Notes under the pieces: generated by a model
The model's database searches: none
What the model saw: the letters and a program-made list of their open reading frames with translations, nothing else
What the model was told of the DNA's origin: nothing
Source of the DNA: Squalus acanthias
Taxonomy: Eukaryota
Assembly (NCBI GenBank): GCA_030390025.1
Contig: CM059432.1
Span: 32,242,001 to 32,306,000, forward strand
Length of the DNA: 64,000 bases
Reading direction: 5' to 3'
Translations under genes and position numbers: made by a program
Shown here: piece by piece, positions 36,270 through 48,428 of the stretch
Numbering within the stretch: position 1 is the first letter of the stretch
Layout: every line of letters starts with the position of its first letter

Positions 36270-37430
36270 AAGAACATAACATAAGAAATAGGAGCAGGAG
36301 TAGGCCATTCGGCCCTTCGAGCCTGCTCCACCATTTAATGATATCATGGCTGATCTTCTGCCTCAATTCCATTCACCGGCCTTATCGCCATATCCCTTAC
36401 TAGTCGGAAATCTATCGACTTCTTTTTGAATATACCCAATGACTGAGCCTCCACAGCCCTCTGGGGTAGAGAATTCTGAAGATTCACCACCATCTGTGTG
36501 AAGAAATTTCTTCTCATCTCAGTCCTGAATGGCCTACCCTTTATCCTGAGGCTGTGGCCCCTGGTTCTAGACTCCCCAGCCAAGGGAAACATTCTCCCAG
36601 CATCCACCCTATCAAGCCCTGTAATAATTTTGTATGCTTCAATGAGATCCCCTCTCATTCTTCTGAATTCAAGAGAATACAGGCCTAGTTTATTCAATCT
36701 CTTCTCATACGACAGTCCCGCCATCCCAGGAATCAATCTCGTGAACCTTCGTTGCACTCCCTCTATGGCAAGTATATCCTTCCTTAGGTAAGGAGACCAA
36801 AATTGTACACAGTACTCCAGGTGTGGTCTCACCAAGGCCCTATATAATTGGAGTAAGACTTCTTTACTCCTCTTGTAATGAAGGCTGGCATACCATTTGC
36901 CTCCCTAATGGCTTGCTGCACTTGCACATTCACTTTCAGTGACTCATGTACAAGGACACCCAGGTCCCTTTGAGCATCTGCATTCCCCAATCTTTCACCA
37001 TTTAGGAAATACTCTGCCTTTCTGTTTTTTCTACCAAAGTGGATAACTTCACATTTATCCACATTATAATCCATCTGCCATGTTCTCGCCCACTCACTGA
37101 GCCTGTCGAGATCCCTTTGAAGCCTCTTCACAACTGACACTGACACCTAGCTTTGTGTCATCAGCAAATTTGGAAATGTTACATTTAGTCCCCTCATCCA
37201 AATCATTGATATAGATTGTGAATAGCTGGGACCCAAGCACCGATCCTTGCGGTACCCCACTAGTCACAGCCTGCCATCCTGAAAAAGACCCGTTTATCCC
37301 TACTCTCTGTTTTCTGTCTGTTAACCAATTCTCAATCCATGCTAGTAGATTATCCCCAATTCCACGTGCTCTAATTTTGTTCACCAACCTCTTGTGTGGG
37401 ACCTTATCGAAGGCCTTCTGAAAATCCATG
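36270..37430 (-). mobile_element. 5'-truncated CR1 inserted in the LINE head
   Basis: Encodes DFQKAFD...FADD...RRMRGDLIEAYK. TSD GTTTCAT at 36263-36269 and 37431-37437. Confidence 0.92.
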
Positions 37431-37692
37431 GTTTCATGGTTACCATTACTGATACTAGCTTTTTATTCCAGATTTATTTAATTAACTGAATTTAAATTCC
37501 CCAGCTGCCATGGTGGAATTTGAACTCACATCTCTGGATCATTAGTCCAGGCTTCTGGATTACTAGCCCAGTGACATTACCACTACACTAAACCTTATGA
37601 TACTGTGATCACTGTTCCCTAAATGTTTTCCTACTGACACTTGCTCCACCTGACCCACCTCATTCCCCAGAATCAGATCCAGCAATGCCTCA

Positions 37693-37970
37693 TTTATATA
37701 AAGCACTTTTCACATTCTCAGCATGTCTCAAAGCAATTCACAGCCAATGAATTAATTTTGAAATGTAGTCACTGTTGTTATGTAGGCAAACACAGCAACC
37801 AATTTGTATATAACAAATCCCATGGAGAGCAAATGAGATAAATTACCAGACAATGTATTTTTATTACTGTTGGTTGAGGATAAATGTTGTCCAAGACGTC
37901 CACCGATGAGGGAAGATCGGGCCTCGGTTTAATATCTCATCCAAAAGATATCTCTGACCTCTGACAGTAC
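37693..37970 (-). mobile_element. Deu-domain SINE fragment
   Basis: Reverse tail and core. Confidence 0.7.
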
Positions 37971-39329
37971 ATCGAAATATCTCGAAGTTATGACATGGAA
38001 CAGGCCATTCAGCCCAACCAGTCCATGTCAGCATTCACCTTCCACGTGAGCAAATAGTTGGAATCACATTTACCCGCCCTGTTCCCATATCCCTACAACC
38101 CTATATCTACCAATCCAATCTAATTTTGAATGTTGACATAGTTTCTGCACCAACAACTAACCATGGAAATATATTCCACAACCTCACAACCACTTGTGTG
38201 GAGACATTTTACTTGTTCTAATTTTACATTTAATCTTGTATCTATGCGTCCTGTGACTCCTTCAGTACTGCATTGAAGTGCTAGCTTGGAATATGTGTTC
38301 GAGTCTCTAGAGTGGCACCCATGACTTTCTGACAGATCACTGTGGAGTTGCCACTGACACTGTCATGGTCTATGGTGGTGTAAATCATGCTACGTCTAGC
38401 TGGTCCACCCCATACCACCGCACAACCCCCTTCTACCCAAGAAAGCGGCAAATTGTAGCCAGGTGTGTTTTTCTTTAATTGTACAAGCTCTATAGCTTTA
38501 TCGTAATGTCGCTGTGTATATTTCATACCCATTGCCCTTTACTAAATGTCGAAAGCTCTATCAATCATTGTCTCAAATAAGAAAGACTTGCATTTATATA
38601 GCGTCTTTCACGACCTCAGGACGTCCCAAAGCGCTCATTAAAAAGGGTCCTGCTGAGGAGGCTCCATCTTTAAAAGCGTTTCTGAGGAAGAAACTGCCCC
38701 CTTGGCCCCCTTTTATTGGGAACACAGGAACACATGGCATTGGGGTCCCTTTCACCGGCCCCTCCCTCTTCAAAAACTTTCCCGATGGTAAGACTCACTC
38801 TTTAAAGGGGCCCTGATTATCAAAATCCCTTTTTCTAAAGGTTCTATTGTTGAGACTCTGCCTTAATGGCCCCATTTTTTTCTAATACTGAGATAATGAA
38901 GAGATAACAATAACATTAAGTTGTCCATTTGATAAAGTACTCCAGGATTATCTGCATAATTGCGGCCCTAAATCAGAGATTGAAAAAGTTCGCTAGGCTG
39001 TGTAAATCAGACAGTCCAAGTACAGTGGCTTGAGCTGATATGATTAAACCGTTCTTCGGTAATAAGAGGGTATAAGGTGTCCATTATACAAATTGAACAG
39101 ACACTAAATTGCATGTGCTGTCAGTTGGCTGAATTTTACTATGAAAGGGAATTTCTGAAGCACAGCCTCCAAGCAATTCGTTTTGTACTTAATGGATCTT
39201 ATCATGTTCACCGTGCACTCGATGGGACTGGAGGTGGCTTCAGTTAATTAACCTCCACTTTACCAATGTTTGCAGTCCTTACTTTGGAAATAGCAGCTGG
39301 ATAATTAAGTGTTTGGGTAAAAGAGGTCT

Positions 39330-39820
39330 ATCATGGGTCTCAGTGGTAGCACTCTCGCCTCGAAGTCAGAAGGTTGTGGATTCAGGTCCTACTCCAGAGA
39401 TCTGAGTACATAATCCAGCCTGACACTCTAGTGCAGTACCGAGGAAGCGTTGTGCTGTTAGAAGTGCCGTCTTTCGGATGAGATGTTAAACCAAGGCCCC
39501 GCCCCATCTGCCAATTTACAGCCAATTAAGTACTTTTTAAAGCGTAGTCACTTTTGTAATATAGGGAAATACGGCAGCCAATTTGTACACAGCAAGGTCC
39601 CACAAACATTAATGAGATAAGTGACCAGATAATCTATTTTAGGTAAATATTGGACAGGGCGCCGGGGAGAACTACCCTGCTCTTCTTCGAATAGTGCTAT
39701 GGGATCTTTTATGTCTACCTGAGAGGGCAGACCGGGCTTCAGTTTAACGTTTCATCTGAAAGACGGCCCCTCCGACAGTGTAATACTCCCTTCGCCTTGC
39801 ACCGGCAGTGTCGGCCTAGT
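39330..39820. mobile_element. Two abutting Deu-SINE fragments in opposite orientation (+ 39330-39510, - 39515-39820)
   Basis: A forward head and core is followed directly by a reverse body. Confidence 0.75.
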
Positions 39821-40271
39821 ACGCCAATAGGGGTCAAGACCATCTGAAAATGATAAAGGAAAAAAATTGACAATAAAAGAGAAAAAAGGTCCATTTACTT
39901 ATGTGGCACAATCGTAGCATCACATTATCATCTAGGAGGTAGCAAAGATAACGTCCAATGATGTCATTAGTTGCAACAGATTTGAGATTGGCAAACAATT
40001 CTGCACTTTAAGACTTCCTCTTTGAATTACGCCAAACTGCAACTGTGAATTCTGCTAAAGTCTGGTTTTGGACTCGGGAAAAGATGAGAACCCTAGTTTA
40101 TAAGAGTTGTGTGGGTAAAGTTTGGGGCATCTTGTGGTTAGATGGATCTGTGTGGGTTTGGGGCCGTCTTATTGAAATGTTGCTCCATGCCCTTTTCAGT
40201 TGTAGGGATATAAAGGAGTTTTTGTAGGAGCTTGGATGGATTGGGCACAGAGGTGTGAGACTAGATAGTAA

Positions 40272-40405
40272 GGGGGTGAAATTGGTCTACACCAGTAGCA
40301 TGGAACGGTCTGAATCGCCAGCCTGTTTTACAGCGCACTCAATTTTCTTTTGCTGCCAATTCGCTATCAGCCCGTTTCATGCTGAAGTAAACCAATTTCA
40401 CCCCC
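40272..40405. mobile_element. PIF/Harbinger (Tourist-like) hairpin MITE, 134 bp
   Basis: Perfect 15-bp TIR GGGGGTGAAATTGGT (18/19 extended). TAA TSD at 40269-40271 and 40406-40408. Confidence 0.9.
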
Positions 40406-40837
40406 TAAGTGTCAGCTTGCTATTCAACTACAGAAACATCAACTGATCCTGGCCGTGAAAATCTGTGGGCGAAGGGAGGGGCAGAATGAAATTGCAGTTA
40501 TGCTGGGATCCCGCCGGCTGCATAACTCCACCACCAACCCCAACAAAGGTCGAGGGGTCAGGAGGCAGTGTCTCCAGGTGCAGACCTTCAACTGTGTTGG
40601 GGGTGCATCTGTAGCACTGCCCCGTCGAAGAGCCCAGGGCCCAAACTGGTCCACCCCACACCACCGCACACCCCCCTTCTACCCAAGAAAGTGGCAAATT
40701 GTGGCCAGCTCAACTGCCTGTGTGTTTTTCTTTAATTGTACAAGCTCTATAGCTTTATCGTAATGTCGCTGTGTACATTGCATACCCATTGCCCTTTACT
40801 GAATGTCGAAAGCTCTATCAATCATTGTCTCAAATAA

Positions 40838-41260
40838 GAAAGAAAGACTTGTATTTAAATAGCGCCTTTCACGACCTCAGGAAGTCCCAAAGCACTTCAC
40901 TGCCAATGAAGTACTTTTGAAGTGAACTCACTGTTGTAATGTAGGAAATGCAGCTGCCTATTTGTGCACAGCAAGGTCCCACAGCAATGAAATAATGACC
41001 AGATAATCTGTTTTAGGTGTTGATGGCAGATAAATGTTGGCCAGGATACCGGGGAAAATTCCCCTGCTCTTCTTCGAATAGTGCCTTGGGATCTTTTACT
41101 TCCACCTGAGAGGGCAGACAGAACCTCTGATTAACGTCTCATCCAAATGACGGCACCTCTGACAGTGCAGCATTCCCTCAGTACTGCACTGGAGGGTCAG
41201 CCTAAATTCTGTGCTCAAGTCTCTGGAGTGGGGCTTGAACCCACATCCTTCTGACTCAGA
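40838..41260 (-). mobile_element. Deu-domain SINE
   Basis: Reverse near-complete copy. Confidence 0.9.
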
Positions 41261-42177
41261 TATTATGACGCCATGAGAAAATTACCTCGTAGGACATAAT
41301 TCCCACCATTTGCACCGTAACAACACTGAGTGCAAAGGATGCCTTTTCCATGGAAAAATTGATTGCAGGCGCCTAATAAAATACCGGGCAATTTAAAAAA
41401 ATTTGGGCTGTTGTGGGGCACACCTTTGGCGGGTCCCCCAGCTGCACCATATATTGCACAGGCACCCGGCGGAAATATTTAAATGCAGATGGCCCCCCCC
41501 CCCAACCCCAGGGAAACTAGGAATGGTATCGGGGGTTGAACTGGTAAGGGGAGCGGAATTCCTACACCATACGGCGGCGGAGTGGGAGCAGAGGAATTTC
41601 GGAGCTAGAAAGTTAGAGCGAATCATTGAAATATGTGTTACTGGAGCACGAGAGGACCGTTCTGGTGAGTGGGCGAAGTAGAAGATTCAGCTCCAGTAAG
41701 CATTAACTACGTGCATCATGCAAATGAGAGACAGTTAAAATAACTAAAGCCACTTTTAGCGGTTTGTGCCCCCACAGGAGTGGTTTATATTTAGCTGTTT
41801 GGTGTGAATTGGTAATTGTAAACAGAGAGGAGGGTTGAGGGACAGTTTCTAGCTCTGCCGTTATGTTAACTTCACCTCAGGTTTCCTGAGCTGGTTTGCA
41901 CACAGACAAACAGGATCCACCCTCACTGAAGTTCAAACAGTTCAGTTACGGTCAACAGTCACACTGAGTAATTTCTGCAAGTTTCTGGTTCTAATGCTTC
42001 AAAAATAAAGCAGCTGGAATCAAGACAACACCATCTCACCCTCCAGTTTACTGAAGGCACTGGCTTGTGCCGGGGTATTACTTCCACTGGCATAGGAAGA
42101 CGCCCGGTACTCCACCCATTCTTTGCATGTGAGCCTAGCCAGTGAGTTTTGGCAGGCTATTCACCCATGAGAAACAA

Positions 42178-42600
42178 AGGAAGACTTGCATTTATATAGC
42201 ACCCTTCACGAACTCAAGACCTCCCAAACAGATTTACAGCCAGTGAGGTACTGTTGTGAAGTGTCGTCACTGCTGTAATGTAGGAAATGCGGCAGCTAAT
42301 TTGCGCTCAGCAGGGTTCCACAAACAGCGATGTGTTAATGACCAGATAATCTGTTTTACTGATGTTGGTTGAGTGATCAATGTTGGCCAACACCGGGGAA
42401 AACTCCCTTGCTGTTCTTCGAATAGTGCCATGAGATCTTTTATGTCTACCTGAGAGGGCAGACTTGGCCTCAGTTTAACGTCTCATCTGAAAGGCGGCAC
42501 CTCCGACGGTGCAGCACTCCCTCAGTACTACACTGGAGTGTCAGCCTAGATTATGTGCTCAGGTCTCTGGAGTGGGACTTGAACTCATGACCTTCTGACT
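42178..42600 (-). mobile_element. Deu-domain SINE
   Basis: Reverse near-complete copy. Confidence 0.9.
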
Positions 42601-42717
42601 ATCACATCTTACCTGACATCAGCATGTGCACTTTCTAGCAGAGGCAAAAGGATAATGACGAGAGGCTGCTATTTTGGGATGATGAACTTTTAAGGAGGAA
42701 GTTCCAACCCTTCCAAC

Positions 42718-43978
42718 AACAGCAACAACAACTTGTATTTATATAGCACCTTTAACGTAGTAAAACATCCCAAGACGCTTCACAGGAGCGTTATGAAACA
42801 AAATTTGACACCGATCCACATAAGGAGAAATTAGGGCAGATGACCAAAAGCGTGAATGAGGTAGGTTTTAAGGAGTGTCTTAAAGGAAGAAAGAGAGGTA
42901 GAGAGACGGAGCGGTTTAGGGAGGGAATTCCACATCTTTATGGCTTTGGCAGCTGAAAGCATGGCCCCCAGTGGTTGAGCGATTAAAATCGGGAAGCTCA
43001 AGGGGCCAGAATTAGAGGAGCGCAGATATCTCGGGGGGGCGGGGGGCTTATGGGGCTGGAGGAGATTACTGATAAGATGGGGGGAGGCCATGGAGGGGTT
43101 TGAAAACAAGGATGAGAATTTTAAAATCGAGGTGTTGCTTAACTGGGAGCCAATGTAGGTCAGCGAACACAGGGGTGATGGGTGAACGGGACTTGGTGCG
43201 AGTTTTGGATAAGCTCAAGTTTACGTAGGGTAGAATGTGGGAGCCAGCCAGAAGTGCATTGGAATAGTCAAGTCTTGAGGTAACAAAGGCATGGATGAGG
43301 GTTTGAGCAGCAGATGAGCTGAGGCAGGGGAGGAGACGGGCGATGTTACTGAGGTGGAAATAGGCAGTCTTAGTTATGACGCGGATCTGTGGTCGGAAGC
43401 TCATTTCAGGGTCAGATATGACACCAAGGTTGCAAATGGTCTGGTTCAACTTCAGACAGATGCAAGGGAGAGGGATGGAGTCGGTGGCTAGAAAACAGAG
43501 TTTGTGGCAAGGACCGAAGACAATGGCTTCGGCCTTCCCAATATTTAGTTGGATGAAGTTTCTGCTCATCCAGGACAAGCAGTCTGACAATTTAGAGACC
43601 GTGGAGGGGTCGAGAGAAGTGATGGTGAGGTAGAGCTGGGTGTCATGTGGAAACTGTTTTCGGATGATTTCGCCAAGGGGCAACATGTAGATGAGAAATA
43701 GGAGGGCGCCAATGAGAAATTGAGGGACACCAGAGGTAACGTTGCAGGAGCAGGAAGAGAAGCCATTGCAGGTGATTCTCTGGCTACGATTAGATAGATA
43801 AGAATGGAACCAGGCGAGTGCGGTCCCACCCAGCTGGACGACAGTGGAGAGGTGTTGGAGGAGGATGGAGTGGTCAACCGTGTCAAAGATTGCAGACAAG
43901 TCAAGAAGGTCGAGGAGGGATAGTTTACCTTTGTCACAGTCACATAGGATGCTGTTTGCGACTTTGTTAAGAGCCAGC
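42718..43978 (-). mobile_element. L2 LINE, 5'-truncated RT fragment
   Basis: Encodes LDLSAIFDTVDHSILL, SGVPQ, HAFVTSRLDYSNALL, DLHWLPV. (GTT)n tail. Confidence 0.95.
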
Positions 43979-44065
43979 ACTGAGGACGTGTTTTACTCGG
44001 CCGGGTAGTGTTGGATGTTGCAGACCATCGGCTGGGTCCCTGCCACGTTTGACTTGGAAGTTCCT

Positions 44066-44885
44066 CTCTAAACCTCTCCGCCTCTCCGCCTCTCTAAACC
44101 TCTCCACCTCTCTACCTCTCTAAACCTCTCCGCCTCTCCACCTCTCTAAATCTCTCCGCCTCTCCGCCTCTCTAAACCTCTCCGCCTCTCTACCTCTCTA
44201 AACCTCTCCGCCTCTCCACCTCTCTAAATCTCTCCGCCTCTCCGCCTCTCTAAACCTCTCCGCCTCTCTACCTCTCTAAACCTCTCCGCCTCTCTAAACC
44301 TCTCCGCCTCTCTAAACCTCTCCGCCTCTCTACCTCTCTAAACCTCTCCGCCTCTCTACACCTCTCCGCCTCTCTAAACCTCTCCGCCTCTCTAAACCTC
44401 TCCGCCTCTCTACCTCTCTAAACCTCTCCGCCTCTCTACACCTCTCCGCCTCTCTAAACCTCTCCGCCTCTCTACACCTCTCCACCTCTCTAAACCTCTC
44501 CGCCTCTCTAAACCTCTCCACCTCTCTAAACCTCTCCGCCTCTCTAAACGTTTCCGCCTCTCTACACCTCTCTGCCTCTCTAAACCTCTCCTCCTCTCCA
44601 CCTCTCTAAACCTCTCTGCCTCTCTAAACCTCTCCGCCTCTCTACACCTCTCCGCCTCTCTAAACCTCTCCGCCTCTCTACACCTCTCCGCCTCCCTAAA
44701 CCTCTCCGCCTCTCTAAACCTCTCCGCCTCTCTACACCTCTCCGCCTCTCTAAACGTTTCCGCCTCTCTAAACCTCTCCACCTCTATAAACCTCTCCGCC
44801 TCTCTCTACCTCACCGCCTCTCTACCTCTCCGCCTCTCTCTACCTCTCCGCCTCTCTACACCTCTCCACCTCTCTACCTCTCTTT
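44066..44885. repeat. ~18-bp pyrimidine-rich minisatellite (TAAACCTCTCCGCCTCTC)n
   Basis: Direct tandem array that continues into an L2 3' end. Confidence 0.95.
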
Positions 44886-45048
44886 CCGCCTTTAAAACCT
44901 ACCACTTTGACCAAGCTTTTGGTTATCTGCCCTAATATCTCCTTACGTGGCTTGGTGTCAAATTTTGTTTGATAACGCTCTTGTGAAGCGCCTTGGGACA
45001 TTTTACTACGTTAAAGGTGCTATAGAAAACAAGTTGTTGTTGTTGCTG
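44885..45048 (+). mobile_element. L2 3' terminus
   Basis: TTTGACCAAGCTTTTGG...GTGAAGCGCCTTGGGAC...(GTT)n. Confidence 0.9.
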
Positions 45049-45156
45049 TAAAGCATCTAATCCTAATCGCATCAGTGATGTAATCATATCAATCCTGGAG
45101 GTCTAGATTTTTTAATTGGCAGAAAAAAGGTAGCTTTCAGCCAATGAGAATACATG

Positions 45157-45300
45157 GAGGTGAATTTTCAACTTGCCGCCCGAGCTTCAAACTGGCATTG
45201 CAGATTGGCCGGCCGTTATAACGAGCTCTTGATTTTCATTTCTATTTCCGTATCGGCCGATTTGTAACGTCAGTTTTACGGTAAGTTGAAAATCTACCCC
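45157..45300. mobile_element. Hairpin MITE (Harbinger-like), 144 bp
   Basis: TIR GAGGTGAATTTTCAACTTGCCG vs GGGGTAGATTTTCAACTTACCG (18/22). Flanks ATG/ATA. Confidence 0.75.
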
Positions 45301-45719
45301 ATAGTTCCCTTGTTTAAACTTGCTCCAAAATAGATAATGGGAATCAAAAGAGAGCACGCAACTGAAAGATCTTAAGGTTAGTGGCCTACAAATTCGGGCG
45401 CGCCCATTTTTGATGTGTACGGTGGGGGGGGGCGCAGGGAACAATCCTTGTGCCTGAATGGTGAGGCTCAATGCGCCCCCACGTTGGGACGCGGCCTTAT
45501 TTCCAATGAGCCGGCAAGCTGCGGAGAGCAACGGACAGCTCGCCAATGAAGCGTGTTTGAAGATCGGCCCTCAGCTAAGTGAGGAAAAGGGCAAACGGGT
45601 GGGGTGAGAGCAGTGGCCAGTGGGGGGACAGAGCAGCAGCGAATTGGGAGGGGGGACAGTGACCAACAGCAGTCCATGTTATTTTAATGTGGGGTTGGGA
45701 GGAGCATAACTGCTCTTTT

Positions 45720-46075
45720 CAGTGTGTACCATCTACAAGATGCACTGCAGCAACTCACCAAGGCTTCTTCGGCAGCACCTCCCAAACCCACGACCTCTTC
45801 CACCTAGAAGGACAAGGGCAGCAGGCGCATGGGAACACCACCACCTCCAAGTTCCCCTCCAAGTCACACACCATCTTGACTTAGAAATATATCGCCGTTC
45901 CTTCAGCATCGCTGGGTCAAAATCCTGGAACTCCCTCCCTAACAGCACTGTGGGAGTACCCTCACCACACGGACTGCAGCGGTTCAAGAAGGCGGCTCAC
46001 CACCACCTTCTCAAGGGCAACTAGGGAGGGGCAATAAATGCTGGCCTTGCCATCGACGCCCAGATCCCATAATCG
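45720..46075 (+). mobile_element. Zenon-like LINE 3' fragment
   Basis: Encodes CTIYKMHCSNSPRLLRQHLP...AAHHHLLKGN*, with the shared tail. Confidence 0.9.
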
Positions 46076-46084
46076 AATTTTAAA

Positions 46085-46700
46085 AAAAGAGGGCTGGAAT
46101 ACAATGGGGAGCAAGTTATGCTTCAGTTGTATAGCGCCTTGGTCAGGCCCTACCTGGAGTACTGCGTTCAGTTCTGGGCACCGCATCTCAAGAAGGATAT
46201 ATTGGCCTTGGAAGGGGGTGCAGCGCAGATTCACCAGAATGATACCAGGCCTAAAAAGGTTAAATTATGATGAAAGGTTGCATAAACTTGACTTCCTTTC
46301 CCTTGAGCTTAGAAGATTGAGGGGTGATCTGATCAAAGTGTTTCAAATGGTAAAAGAATTCGAATAGAGTAGATATGGGGAAGTTATTTCCTTTGGTGGG
46401 GGAATCCAGAACAAAGTGGCATAATCTTAAAATTAGAGCCAAGCAATTCAGGAGTGAAATTGGGAAGCACTTTTTCACGCAAAGGCTGGTGGAAATCTGG
46501 AATTCTCTCTCCCAAAAGGCTGTGGATGCTGGGTCAATTGAAATGTTCAAGACTGACATCAATTGATTTTTGTTGGGTCAGGGCATCAAGGGATATGGAT
46601 CAAAGGTGGGTAAATAGAGTTGAAGAACAGATCAGCCATGATCCAATTGAATGGTGGAACAGGCTCGAGGGGCTGAATGATCTACTCCTGTTCCTATGGT
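46085..46700 (+). mobile_element. CR1 3' fragment
   Basis: Encodes [28 protein letters not shown]1 3' hairpin present. Confidence 0.9.
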
Positions 46701-47534
46701 CGTAAACCATCCAATATGAAACTGGATTCATGAAGGGTGGGGGTTGGGAGCATGTTGATGGCAAACAGGAGCTCTCACTTTACTACAGTACAGCTAGTGG
46801 CAAAAGCGTGGCCCTTTGAGGTCAGCGGCATTTAGAAATAGAAACTGAGAAATTCTCATTGCCAATATAAGCGGACTAATGCTTAAGGACTTCATACGAC
46901 ATTCCTGTGATCCCTAATTTACCAGAGGCTTTAACCCAGTTAAAATGGAGGACAGAAGAATGTCATCTAAACACACTACACATTCATTTGCTAATATAAC
47001 CACTCAACTTTTAGATTATAACCAGTCCGACTTAATTTGTGGTAACGGAGACCCATTTTTCATGGATCTTGTGAACTGCTGGTGAAGTGTCTGGAACACG
47101 AGGAAGCCCATCGATATGTTTAAGTTGTGAGCTGTGAGGAATCCAGGCATATAGAATTTCTGTTTGTCCAATACGGAATGCACACTCTTTCCCTCATAGC
47201 CAACTTATCTATGTCCAAGGAACTTGGGTGAAAGTTGGTAGCGCCAAGGTTTAGGGACCCCTAAGAGTCTGCAAGGAGGTTACTGCTGGAGTTCAGCCAG
47301 CTATAACCGTGCAGCTTATCAGAAACTGACCACTGGTAAGCTTATAGAGCTAGGACCATCCTACCTATTAGGGAATTGGCTTGCAGTATTATCTGGAGCC
47401 GAGTGCAAAGAATCCCAACCCCCCAAAGAAATGTCTTGCCCACCATGTTCCATTAGTGAGCCATTCTGCAGGTTGTCCTTCAACAGTGCCCTGGAGTATC
47501 GCAGAACTGCCCGGTATCGGATCACTACTAAAAT

Positions 47535-48428
47535 CATCTGTGTGGTTGATACTGAAGAAGGAAGCTGTAGACTGCAGGAAGATATCAATAAATTGGTCAG
47601 GTGGGCAGAACAGTGGCAAATGGAATTCAATCTGGAGAAGTGTGAGGTAATGCATTTGGGGAAGGCAAACAAGGAAAGGGAATACACATTAAATGGTAGG
47701 ACACTGAGTAGTGTAGAGGAACAAAGGGACCTTGGAGTGCATGTCCACAGATCCCTGAAGGTAGCAGGACAGGTAGATAAGGTGGTTAAGAAGGCATACG
47801 GAATGCTTGCCGTGGCATAGAATACAAGAGTAGGAGGGTTATGCTTCAACTGTATAAAACACTAGTTAGACCTCAGCTACAGTACTGCGTGCAGTCTGGT
47901 CACCACATTACAGGAAAGATGTGATTGCACTAGAGTGCGTACAGAGGAGATTTACAAGGATGTTGCCGGGAGTAGAGAATCTTAGCAATGAGGAAAGACT
48001 GGATAGGCTGGGTTTGTTTTCCTTGGAACAGAGGAGGCTGAGGGGAGACCTTATTGAGGTGTATAAAATTATGAGGGGCATAGATAAAGTGGATAGAAAG
48101 GACCTATTTCCCTTAGCAGAGGGGTCAAAAACCAGGGGGCACAGATTTAAAGTAATTGGTGGAAGGTTTAGAGGGGATTTATGGGGAGATTTCTTCACCC
48201 AGAGGATTGTGGGGGTCTGGAACTCACTGCCTGAAAGGGTGGTAGTGGCAGAAACCCTAACCACATTTAAAAGTACTTGGATGTGCACTTGGGATGCTGT
48301 AACGGCTACGGACCAAGAGCTGGGAAGTGGGATTAGGCTGGATAGCTCTTTGTTCGCCGGCGCGGACACGATGGGCCGAAATGGCCTCCTTCCGTGCTGT
48401 AACTTTCTATGATTCTATGATTCTATGA
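47535..48428 (+). mobile_element. CR1 3' fragment
   Basis: Encodes WQMEFNLEKCEVMHLG and RRLRGDLIEVYK. (ATTCTATG)n tail. Confidence 0.9.

Larger units (their letters stand above)
33135..37590 (-). mobile_element. Near full-length CR1/Zenon-like LINE with one long ORF and a tRNA-like 5' head
   Basis: A box TAGTGTAGTGG at 37590-37580 and B box GAGTTCAAATTCC at 37527-37515. APE-RT frame 35979-33199. 3' tail with AATAAA and an A-rich end. The Zenon assignment rests on the SLHYRRTVAAVCTIYKMH C-terminal motif and is tentative. Confidence 0.85.
27081..37692 (-). mobile_element. Host CR1 LINE (family B) split into 27081-28929, 32954-33135 and 37592-37692 by nested insertions
   Basis: ORFs 27651-28559 and 27161-27535 encode RT and C-terminus. 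The reading YENGLA|AHIKGNPK continues across the RTE insertion. 37592-37692 encodes EALLDLILGNEVGQVEQVSVGKHLGNSDHSI (end of the APE domain). Confidence 0.85.

Noticed and set aside
37515..37590. Genuine tRNA gene (also the other SINE heads)
   Set aside because: A/B boxes are present, but I see no complete cloverleaf or downstream T-run terminator, and the heads are embedded in retroelements.
44330..44781. ORFs with EAERFR/ERRRGL repeats resembling a coiled-coil protein
   Set aside because: They are translations of the 18-bp L2-derived minisatellite, with no gene context.
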